From positions 1,664,001-1,728,000 of the forward strand of contig OY759726.1 of NCBI GenBank assembly GCA_963662625.1: a DNA stretch of 64,000 bases, written 5' to 3'. Under the pieces are notes generated by a model that saw nothing but the letters and a program-made list of their open reading frames with translations, was not told where the DNA came from and searched no databases. Both the position numbers and the translations under genes were made by a program. Of the stretch, positions 41,420 through 50,600 are shown piece after piece (position 1 is the stretch's first letter; each line of letters opens with the position of its first letter). The stretch is from Nitrosopumilus sp. (GTDB lineage Archaea > Thermoproteota > Nitrososphaeria > Nitrososphaerales > Nitrosopumilaceae).

Positions 41420-41710
41420 TGCCGCAACGGCACGGGAAGATCCCGGGAAGGCGTACAGAGTACCCGAGGGCAGAAACCGGGATGGCCGCAGCGGACGCGC
41501 CTCGCGCAACCCGGGCGCTGGGGCCACGTACCTTCCCGCCGCCACGCCGGCGCAGGCCGGGCGCGGCGCCCCGGCGCAGGGGAATTGCGGGACGTCCGGG
41601 GAGGTGGGGCGCGCCATGTCGGGGTGCCCGGGGCAGTTCCACGCCGGGCCTTGGTGGGGCGTGTCGGCTGGAGGCCCCCGGGATCCTTTGATCGCCGCCA
41701 CGCGCGGCGT
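41420..41710 (+). mobile_element. Third copy of the GC-rich IS66-like remnant
   Basis: gatcccgggaaggcg, cccgagggc..a..c.ggatggccgc and tttgatcgccgcca.gcg blocks shared with 255-660. Confidence 0.5.
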
Positions 41711-41856
41711 CATTCCTCGAGCGCGATCCTCTTCAGGAGCCTGGCCTGTTCCATCTGCAGCGACAGGATCCGCTCCAGGCGGCCCACCCGCTCGTCAAGG
41801 TCGCGCCCCTGGCCGTCCGCGCGGCCACCCGCGGCCCCTGGGTCTTCTCCGGACAT
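41710..41856 (-). CDS. Small coiled-coil hypothetical protein
   Basis: 48 aa MSGEDP...LDERVGRLERILSLQMEQARLLKRIALEE; AT-rich promoter-like TTTATTA upstream. Confidence 0.45.
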   Translation of the reverse strand: MSGEDPGAAGGRADGQGRDLDERVGRLERILSLQMEQARLLKRIALEE

Positions 41857-42062
41857 GGGCATACATGCGGGCGGCATGGTAATAAAGGAAGTCTTCCAGC
41901 TTCCGGGGAGGGACAGCTTCGGGTGGCGCCGGCGGCGGAGGTGTCCCGCGCGGGCCGGCCTGCCTTGCGGCCCGCGCGAAATCCCGGCCGGGCGGGACGC
42001 CGGCAAGGATCCGGGTTGGGCTGGAACGAAACCCGCCGTGGCGGGGCGCGCCCCGCCTGGCG

Positions 42063-42248
42063 TCAGAGCGTGACCAGGGCGGCAAACGCGAAGGACACCG
42101 CGGTGATGGCGATCCCGATGCCGAGGCACGCCTTTGCCTTCCATGGATCCCTGTGGCGCAGGACAAAGTACGCGATGAGGCCCCCGATCACCCCGAGCAG
42201 GAGCGGGAGCACGTACCACAGGTAGTCCCGTATCTTCAGGGGAGTCAT
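42063..42248 (-). CDS. Small two-TM membrane protein
   Basis: 61 aa, WYVLPLLLGVIGGLIAYFVLRHRDP.KAK.CL.IG. Confidence 0.75.
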   Translation of the reverse strand: MTPLKIRDYLWYVLPLLLGVIGGLIAYFVLRHRDPWKAKACLGIGIAITAVSFAFAALVTL

Positions 42249-42336
42249 TGCCGTAGAGCGGGCCCGATCCCTTATGTTGGTTTTGTTTCGCCCCGCGCGC
42301 CCGGGGATCGAGGGCCGCGCCGAGGCGGCCGGCGGC

Positions 42337-45300
42337 CTAGCCGCCCCGCGCGCCGTAGACCCTCTCGAGCGCCGCCGCCTTCTCCTCGTCCGGTATGGAG
42401 TCGAGCGCCTTTTGCATGATCTGCTTCAGCATCGGTATGTCGTTCCTCACCCCTATCGCCAGGTCGTACGTGTACCCGGACGGGCCGGAGTTTGCCAGCC
42501 CCTCGATTCCCAGCGTGCCGATGATGTGCGACGCGTTCGGCCACGGCATGATGACCATGTCTGCGTCGCCCGCGGCCACCGCCCGCAGCGCGTCGCGTAT
42601 GTCGTCAAACGTGGCATGGCCTGCCCCGGGGTGCGTCCGCGCGATCCACGACTCCGTGGCGTCGTCAATCTCCGTGGCTATCCGGAACCCTGACAGGTCG
42701 CCGTTGTCGATGTCCCTCTCGCCCAGCGTCACCATGTCGGCCGAGATTACCGTGTGCGGGCCGGTAAAGTCCATGAAGCCGCGCCGGTCCTCCGTGTCGG
42801 CGACCGTCATCAGCACGTCCGCGTCGCCGTTCCTGACGGCGTCCAGCGCCCCCGGCCACGACGAGATGCCGCCCGCCTCCACCAGGTTGGCGCCGGTGTA
42901 CCGTTCCACCCTCGCGACGTACCATCCGGTGAGCCCGTCGAGGCTCCCCTCGTCGTTCAGGTACTCTATGGGCACCCACCCGGGGTCGTACGCCACCCGT
43001 ATGGTGCCGTTCCGGGCAAGCCACGCCTCCTCCCCGTACGTCAGGGCGGACGGGTCGTAGAGCCCCTCCAGCGCAGCCGCCTTCTCCTCGTCCGGTATGG
43101 AGTCGAGCGCCTTTTGCATGATCTGCTTCAGCACCGGGATGTCGTTCCTCACCCCTATCGCCAGGTCGTACGCGTAGCCCGACGGGCCGGAGTTTGCCAG
43201 CCCGCCTATGCCAGAGGTGTATGTTATGTATGACGCGTTTGCCCACGGCAGGATGGTCATGTCGGCGTCGCCCGCCGCCACCGCCCGCAGTGCCCCCTGG
43301 ACGTCGTCAAAGGAGTCGTACTCGGCCCCCGGGTGCGCCTGGTCGAGCCACGATTCCAGCGCGTCCCCGCCCACCGTGGCTATCCGGAACCCTGACAGGT
43401 CGCCGTTGTCGATGTCCCTCTCGCCCAGCGTCACCATGTCGGCCGTCAGCGTCGTGTGCGGCCTGGTGAAGTCCAGAAATTCGTGCCTGCCCTCCGTGTC
43501 CGCAATCATCATCAGCACGTCCGCCCCGCCGTTCCTGGCGGCGTCGAGCGCCCCTGCCCACGTGGAGAACCCTTCCGCCCCGACCAGGTCGGCGCCGGTG
43601 TACCGTTCCACCCTCGCGACGTACCATCCGGTGAGCCCGTCGAGGCTCCCCTCGTCGTTCAGGTACTCTATGGGCACCCACCCGGGGTCGTACGCCACCC
43701 GTATGGTGCCGTTCCGGGCAAGCCACGCCTCCTCCCCGTACGTCAGGGCGGACGGGTCGTAGAGCCCCTCCAGCGCAGCCGCCTTCTCCTCGTCCGGTAT
43801 GGAGTCGAGCGCCTTTTGCATGATCTGCTTCAGCACCGGGATGTCGTTCCTCACCCCTATCGCCAGGTCGTACGCGTAGCCCGACGGGCCGGAGTTTGCC
43901 AGCCCGCCTATGCCAGAGGTGTATGTTATGTATGACGCGTTTGCCCACGGCAGGATGGTCATGTCGGCGTCGCCCGCCGCCACCGCCCGCAGTGCCCCCT
44001 GGACGTCGTCAAAGGAGTCGTACTCGGCCCCCGGGTGCGCCTGGTCGAGCCACGATTCCAGCGCGTCCCCGCCCACCGTGGCTATCCGGAACCCTGACAG
44101 GTCGCCGTTGTCGATGTCCCTCTCGCCCAGCGTCACCATGTCGGCCGTCAGCGTCGTGTGCGGCCTGGTGAAGTCCAGAAATTCGTGCCTGCCCTCCGTG
44201 TCCGCAATCATCATCAGCACGTCCGCCCCGCCGTTCCTGGCGGCGTCGAGCGCCCCTGCCCACGTGGAGAACCCTTCCGCCCCGACCAGGTCGGCGCCGG
44301 TGTACTGTCCCACCCTTGCCATGTACCACGCCGTGAGGCCGTCGACGTCCCCCGCGTCGTTCAGGTACTCTATGGGCTGCCACGCGGGGTCGTACGCCAC
44401 CCGTATGGCGCCGTTGTCGTCGAGCCACGCCGCCTCCGCGTCGGTAAGGGCGGGCGCGCCGGCCGGGCCCGCGCCTGCCTGCCACGTCCCGTGGCTGTAC
44501 GATCCGCTGCCGAACACGTACCCGTCATGGAGGACGAACGTCGACTGCTTCGGCTCCACGGTGCCGGTGGCCGGGTTGGCAAACTCGTAGCCCGCGGTGG
44601 ACCTGCCCGTTTCCGCCAGGTCGTCCAGCACGTCGTCCCATTCTAGCAGCTCGGCTATCAGCGTCGCGTTCCCCACCAGGGCGGGGTTTGCGCCGTGGGC
44701 CACTATCGTCCCGTCCGTGTCCAGCACGAACGGGTATGACTCCTTCTTGCTCTCCATGGACGTGATGGCAGCAAACGCCCCGTCCGTTCCCAGCAGGTCG
44801 TACGCCGCGATGGCGTTCCTGATGGACCAGTCCGAGCCCACTGCCATGGCCCTCTGCCCCTCGAGGTAGAACCCGCTGCCGAATATGTACCCGTCGCGCT
44901 GCACCACCCACGACATCTTTGCCTGGTCCCCGCCGGTCGCCGGGTTGAGGAACACGTACGTCATCCACGCGCCGTCCCCCCTGTCCAGCGCGTCCCTCAG
45001 GCCGCCAACCGCCGCCTCCAGCTGTATGTCGGACCACGCCTTGGCCCCCCTCCGGTCCAGCGTGGAGCCGTCTGCCATCTCCACCGCGGTATCCGACGTG
45101 ATCACGAACGGGTACGCGTTCTCCTCCACGTTCATCGCGGTGATTATCTCAAACGCGCCGCTGCCGTGCGCGTCGTACAGCGCTAGCGCGTTACTGACTG
45201 CGAGCACCGCGTCCCTCATGAGCCCGTAGGTGGCCCCCCCGTCCTGGGAGCCGGCCTCCGCGGCAATCCCGGCGTCGGCGAGCCGCTGCACGGACTGCTC

Positions 45301-45498
45301 GTGCACGCATATGGCGTCCCCGTTGCCCCGCACCATCAGCTGCAGGCCCTCGCGGCACGCCACGTCCTCCGCGGCTATGCCGCCTGACATCTGTGCCCTG
45401 GGGGAGAGGACGCTCATGCCGTCGCCGTGCGCGGCGAGGATCCCGGGGGCAGCCGCCACCGCGGCCAGCAACACCACGAGCAACGGGACCGCATTCAT
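42337..45498 (-). CDS. Secreted protein: signal peptide, two single-Cache-like domains and three type-2 periplasmic-binding (BvgS/HisK-sensor-like) domains
   Basis: YPFV...YVFLNPATG....K.SWVV.RDGYIFGSGFY Cache pattern x2; LT..E.AWL..N..IRVAYDP.W.PIEY... x3. Confidence 0.8.
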   Translation of the reverse strand: MNAVPLLVVLLAAVAAAPGILAAHGDGMSVLSPRAQMSGGIAAEDVACREGLQLMVRGNGDAICVHEQSVQRLADAGIAAEAGSQDGGATYGLMRDAVLAVSNALALYDAHGSGAFEIITAMNVEENAYPFVITSDTAVEMADGSTLDRRGAKAWSDIQLEAAVGGLRDALDRGDGAWMTYVFLNPATGGDQAKMSWVVQRDGYIFGSGFYLEGQRAMAVGSDWSIRNAIAAYDLLGTDGAFAAITSMESKKESYPFVLDTDGTIVAHGANPALVGNATLIAELLEWDDVLDDLAETGRSTAGYEFANPATGTVEPKQSTFVLHDGYVFGSGSYSHGTWQAGAGPAGAPALTDAEAAWLDDNGAIRVAYDPAWQPIEYLNDAGDVDGLTAWYMARVGQYTGADLVGAEGFSTWAGALDAARNGGADVLMMIADTEGRHEFLDFTRPHTTLTADMVTLGERDIDNGDLSGFRIATVGGDALESWLDQAHPGAEYDSFDDVQGALRAVAAGDADMTILPWANASYITYTSGIGGLANSGPSGYAYDLAIGVRNDIPVLKQIMQKALDSIPDEEKAAALEGLYDPSALTYGEEAWLARNGTIRVAYDPGWVPIEYLNDEGSLDGLTGWYVARVERYTGADLVGAEGFSTWAGALDAARNGGADVLMMIADTEGRHEFLDFTRPHTTLTADMVTLGERDIDNGDLSGFRIATVGGDALESWLDQAHPGAEYDSFDDVQGALRAVAAGDADMTILPWANASYITYTSGIGGLANSGPSGYAYDLAIGVRNDIPVLKQIMQKALDSIPDEEKAAALEGLYDPSALTYGEEAWLARNGTIRVAYDPGWVPIEYLNDEGSLDGLTGWYVARVERYTGANLVEAGGISSWPGALDAVRNGDADVLMTVADTEDRRGFMDFTGPHTVISADMVTLGERDIDNGDLSGFRIATEIDDATESWIARTHPGAGHATFDDIRDALRAVAAGDADMVIMPWPNASHIIGTLGIEGLANSGPSGYTYDLAIGVRNDIPMLKQIMQKALDSIPDEEKAAALERVYGARGG
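42890..44305. repeat. 702-bp nucleotide-identical tandem duplication inside the Cache/PBP gene
   Basis: ~42890-43603 matches ~43592-44305; ORF-track entries recur identically at a +702 offset. Confidence 0.9.
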
Positions 45499-45547
45499 GC
45501 GATTCCATCCCGCGGATGGTATTTGAGGCTTGTGGATGCGCGCAGAG

Positions 45548-45574
45548 CGTCAACCGTACGGAAAGTCGGTCCGC
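45548..45574 (+). mobile_element. Solo IS481 terminal repeat remnant
   Basis: CGTCAACCGTACGGAAAGTCGGTCCGC matches the IS481 end TGTCAATTGTACGGAAAGTCGGTCCGC (revcomp of 11257-11283) at 24/27. Confidence 0.75.
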
Positions 45575-45678
45575 GCCGGGACCCGGCCGCGTGGCAGGGC
45601 CGCCCCGTCCGATCACGCGCGGGCCGGCTTCGTGCCGCCGGCGCCCTGCCAGCCAGGCGGCCGCCCCCCGCATGCGCT

Positions 45679-46491
45679 TCATGCGAGCGACACGCACAGG
45701 TGATCTGCCCATTCCCAGCGCACCGCCCCGAACTCGACCTCCTTGACTTCCATGCTGATGATGGGCACGAACGCCCCTCCCCTTTCCAGCAGGACGTACG
45801 CCGCGGTGGCGTTCCTGTCAGGCCACCCCGAGATCACCTCAGCGGCCCTCTGGCCCTCGAGGTGGAACCCGCTGCCGAATATGTACCCGTCGCGCTGCAC
45901 CATCCACGACGCCTTTGCCAGGTCCCCGCCGGTCGCCGGGTCGTTGAACACGTACGTTACCCACATGCCGTCCCCCCTGTCCAGCGCGTCCCTCAGCCCC
46001 CCCACCGTCGCCTCCAGCCGGATGTCGGACCATATCTTCGCCCCCCTCCGGTCCAGCGTGGAGCCGTCTGCCACCTCCACCGCGGTATCCGAGGTGATCA
46101 CGAACGGGTACGTTTCCACGGCGACGTTCATCGCGGTGATCATCCTAAACGCGCCGCTGCCGTGCGCGTCGTACAGCGCTAGCGCGTTACTGACTGCGAG
46201 CACCGCGTCCCTCATGAGCCCGTAGGTGGCCCCCCCGTCCTGGGAGCCGGCCTCCGCGGCAATCCCGGCGTCGGCGAGCCGCCGTACGGACTGCTCGTGC
46301 ACGCATACTGCGTCCCCGCCGCCCCGCACCATCAGCTGCAGGCCCTCGCGGCACGCCACGTCCTCCGCGGCTATGCCGCCTGACATCTGTGCCCTGGGGG
46401 AGATGGCGTCCATGCCGTCGCCGTGCGCGGCGAGGATCCCGGGGGCCGCCGCCACGGACAGGGCCATGATAAGCGGCAGGCTGCCCACCAT
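45679..46491 (-). CDS. Truncated paralog of the N-terminus (signal plus first Cache domain) of 42337-45498; possibly a pseudogene
   Basis: Near-identical DNA and protein at a +996 offset, diverging after GSGF. Confidence 0.7.
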   Translation of the reverse strand: MVGSLPLIMALSVAAAPGILAAHGDGMDAISPRAQMSGGIAAEDVACREGLQLMVRGGGDAVCVHEQSVRRLADAGIAAEAGSQDGGATYGLMRDAVLAVSNALALYDAHGSGAFRMITAMNVAVETYPFVITSDTAVEVADGSTLDRRGAKIWSDIRLEATVGGLRDALDRGDGMWVTYVFNDPATGGDLAKASWMVQRDGYIFGSGFHLEGQRAAEVISGWPDRNATAAYVLLERGGAFVPIISMEVKEVEFGAVRWEWADHLCVSLA

Positions 46492-46631
46492 GCCATTTCG
46501 GGGCACGGGTATTATTTGAGGATTACGTCGTGGCGCGTGGTGGGGCGGGGCCCTGGAGGGGGCGCGCCGCTCCCGGCGCCGCGCCGCGGGATCGCCCGCA
46601 GGTTTTTTAGCCACGCGCGCCCACGGGTACC

Positions 46632-47354
46632 ATGGTGGATCTCTTCGTCGACATCGAGACCGCGCCGGACATGACGCGCGAGGAGTACCTCGGGACCAAG
46701 GAGGACGTGGACTCGGGGCGGCTCACCCGGGACTCTGCTGACAGGGAAAGGTTCTGGAGGTTCAAGCGGGGAGGGCTGGTGCCATTTGACGGCAAGGTGA
46801 TCCTGATCACGTACAAGATCAACGGCGGGTACACCCACCGGCTCAAGGAATGGGAGGACGGCGAGGAGGCCATACTGAGGAAGTTCTTCGACCTGGCGGC
46901 AGACCTGCAGAAGGGGCAGGGGGACGACCGGCTGAAGATCATAGGCCACAACATACTCGGCTTCGACCTGTTCTTCCTGTACCACCGCATGTGCCACTAC
47001 GGGTTCCAGGAGGACAAGTGGGTCTACCAGCGGATCATAAACAAGCCCGAGGTGGTGGACTTTCTGCAGGTGCACCTGCCGCTCAACGGCTTTCGGACGA
47101 AGGGGCTCAAGCACGACGTGCTGGCACACGCGTACGGGCTCCCCGCCAAGGACTCGCTGGGCTCGGAGGAGATCGACCACTACTTCCTGGGGGAATACGA
47201 CAGGATACTGGAATACTCGGAGCGGGAGTTCGTCTACCCGGAACTGTACAGGAAGATGGTGGACGGGGGCATCGTCACCGGGGCGAAGCTTCAGGAGGCC
47301 ATCGCGTGGTACGACGGCCTGCACGGCGCCGGGTCCCCGGCCGCGGGGCAGTGA
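46632..47354 (+). CDS. PolB-type 3'-5' exonuclease-like (RNase H fold) protein
   Basis: VDIET (ExoI), IIGHNILGFD (ExoII), ILEYSERE (ExoIII-like). Confidence 0.75.
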   Translation: MVDLFVDIETAPDMTREEYLGTKEDVDSGRLTRDSADRERFWRFKRGGLVPFDGKVILITYKINGGYTHRLKEWEDGEEAILRKFFDLAADLQKGQGDDRLKIIGHNILGFDLFFLYHRMCHYGFQEDKWVYQRIINKPEVVDFLQVHLPLNGFRTKGLKHDVLAHAYGLPAKDSLGSEEIDHYFLGEYDRILEYSEREFVYPELYRKMVDGGIVTGAKLQEAIAWYDGLHGAGSPAAGQ

Positions 47355-47394
47355 CCCTCCCGGCAGCGCCAGGACGCCGCCATGCGAGTGGGCT

Positions 47395-47471
47395 TGGTGG
47401 GATCGGCGTGATTTGAACACGCGGCCTCTGCGTCCCGAACGCAGCATCCTGCCAAGCTGGACTACGATCCC
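47395..47471 (-). tRNA. tRNA-Pro(CGG), CCA encoded
   Basis: GGGATCG acceptor, CTGCG-TTCGGGA-CGCAG anticodon arm, GTTCAAAT T-loop, 3' ACCA. Confidence 0.95.
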
Positions 47472-47625
47472 AATACCCCTCTGAACGAAGCTGATTTAAG
47501 CGTCTCTTCTCGGCCAGCCGGGCGAAATGCGCCTGGCCGGGGCGGGCGAATGCCCGCGCGCGCCCAAACCCCGGCCACCGCGCCGGGCGCGGGGCCGCGT
47601 TTCGCTTGGATGCTTGTCCGTGGGG

Positions 47626-50600
47626 TTACGGGACCGGGGCCAGGCCGACGTTCATGACGTACGTGGAGCCGGGCGCCGGATCCGCCACGGTGAGCGCCCC
47701 GATGACGCCGGTCACTGGATCCGCCGGGGATGTGACCGCATACCCGTCGGGGACAGCCGCCTGCGCCACCCAGCTGGACGGCACCAGGTATGCCGTGCCG
47801 GCCGCCCCGTCCGAGCCGGTCGTGACGGTTCCGGACTCGCCCGTGGCGTACTGGTACGTCGTGGCGCTGACTCCCGGGACGGCGGCCTCGCCCGCGTCCA
47901 GGATCCCGTTGAAGTTGGCGTCCACGTATGCCACCACTACCAGCGTCACGAGCTCCGACTGCTGGGCCGGGCGGAACCCGACGTCAAACGTAAGGGAACT
48001 TCCACTGTCCGGGGCCTGGACGTACGTGTACGCCTGCCCCGTGGTGAGTGTGTGGCCTGACGGGAAGTACGACGACTGCACCAGCGTGACCCCCGGATCC
48101 GGCGTGATCCCGCTGAACGAGTACGTGCCGTCCTGGCCGGTCGTGGCCATGGTGACCGTTCCGGTGAGCAGGTCCGTCGCGATCATGGCGTGGCCCGCGA
48201 TGCCAGGCTCGCCGGCGTCCATGGCGCCGTCACCGTCGGCGTCGGCGAACACGGTTCCTGACAGCGTCGCGTAATCCTGCTGCGGGATGGCTACCAGCCC
48301 AAAGTCCGCGGCGGACGTGCCCCCGGGGGCCAGGGTGACCTGCGAATAGTGCACGGTGCCGTCGGCCACGGTGTACCCTGTCGGGAACGGCGACACCTGC
48401 ACCAGGTATGGCCCGAGCCCCGCGTTGTCAAACCTGTACGTGCCGTCCGCGGCGGTGACAGTGCCGACGCTCTGCATGTTCGAGTAGTCTATCGCGGTTA
48501 TGCCAACGTTCCCTATGCCGTACGTGCCGCCGGCGACTACCGTTGCGGTGTACATCACGTAGACCGAGGGCGAGGTGAATGCCCCTGCTGCCAGGTCGGC
48601 GTCGCCGTCGCCGTCGAGGTCGCCGATGCTTGCCACCGAGGTGCCAAAGCTGTCTCCAGCGGACAGGGGCGGGCCGTTGGGCGTCTGGCCGTCGACCGTG
48701 GCGGTCCGCTTTACGGTGCCGTCGGGGTTGAGGAACAGCACGTGCACCGCCCCCGTACAGTCACAGGTGACGGGTCCTGGCGCGCCGACGGCGATGTCCG
48801 GAGTCCCGTCGCCGTCTAGGTCTCCGACGCCTGCCACCGAGGAGCCGAAGCGGTCTCCCGCGGACAGGGGCGGGCCGTTGGGCGTCTGGCCGTCGACCCC
48901 GGCGGTCAGCTTTACGGTGCCGTCGGGGTTCATGAGCAGGACGAATGCGTCGCCCGACACGGCGCTGCCCAGGACACGTCCTGGCGCGCCGACGGCGATG
49001 TCCGGAGTCCCGTCGCCGTCGAGGTCTCCCAGGCCGGAGACGGACTGGCCGAAGACGTCGCCTCCTGCCAAGGACGGGCCGTTGGGGACGGTCCCGTTGA
49101 CCTCGGCGGTCCGCTTTACGGTGCCGTCGGGGTTCATGAAGATCACGTACAGGTCGCCTGTTGCGGCGCTACCTAAGATGCTGCCCGGCGCGCCGACGGC
49201 GATGTCCGGAGTTCCGTCGCCGTCGAGGTCGCCGACGCCTGCCACCGACGCGCCGAAGCGGTCTCCCGCGGACAGGGGCGGGCCGTTGGGCGTCTGGCCG
49301 TCGACCCCGGCGGTCCGCTTTACGGTGCCGTCGGGGTTCATGAAGATCACGTAAAGGTCCCCGGTGGTGGTGCCCCTGAGGAGGTGGCCCGGAGCGCCGA
49401 CGGCGATGTCCGGAGTCCCGTCGCCGTCGAGGTCGCCGACGCCTGCCGCCGACGCGCCGAAGCGGTCGGCGGGCCCCAGCACGGGGCCGCTGGGCGTCGT
49501 ACCGTCGATTACGGTTACGCGCTTTACGGTGCCGTCCGCATTCATGAACATGATGTAGGCCTCGCCCGTGAAGACGTTGTCGCGGCTGTGTCCCGGGGCG
49601 CCCACGGCGGCATCCGCCACGCCGTCGCCGTCGAGGTCTCCGATGCCCGCGATCGACTGCCCAAAGAAGTGGTTCACATACGACGGGGGCGCAATGTCCC
49701 CGCCGGCGATCTCCGCTGTCCGCTTTACGGTGCCGTCGGGGTTCATGAAGATCACGTACATGGTGTCGTTCCCAAACGTGCCAACGGCGATATCCACCGT
49801 ACCGTCGCCGTCGAGGTCTCCGACGCCTGCCGCCGACGCGCCGAAGCGGTCTCCAGCGGACAGGGACGGGACGTTGGGCGTCTGGCCGTCGACCGTGGCG
49901 GTCAGCTTTACGGTGCCGTCGGGGTTGAGGAACAGCACGTGCACCGCCCCCGTGCAGTCACAGGGGACGGGTCCTGGCGCGCCTACGGCGATGTCCGGAG
50001 TCCCGTCGCCGTCGAGGTCGCCGACGCCTGCCGCCGACGCGCCGAAGCGGTCTCCCGCGGACAGGGACGGGCCGTTGGGGACGGTCCCGTTGACCTCGGC
50101 GGTCCGCTTTACGGTGCCGTCGGGGTTCATGAAGATCACGTACAGGTCCCCTGTGGCGGCGTTCCCGACCGTGTGGCCCGGCGCGCCTACGGCGATGTCC
50201 GGAGTCCCGTCGCCGTCGAGGTCGCCGACGCCTGCCGCCGACGCGCCGAAGCGGTCTCCCGCGGACAGGGACGGGCCGTTGGGGACGGTCCCGTTGACCT
50301 CGGCGGTCCGCTTTACGGTGCCGTCGGGGTTCATGAAGATCACGTACAGGTCCCCTGTTGCGGCGCTACCGAAGATGTTGCCCGGCGCGCCTACGGCGAT
50401 GTCCGGAGTCCCGTCGCCGTCGAGGTCGCCGACGCCTGCCGCCGACGCGCCGAAGCGGTCTCCCGCGGACAGGGACGGGCCGTTGGGGACGGTCCCGTTG
50501 ACCTCGGCGGTCCGCTTTACGGTGCCGTCGGGGTTCATGAAGATCACGTACAGGTCGCCTGTTGCGGCGCCCATGAGGAGGTGGCCCGGCGCGCCTACGG

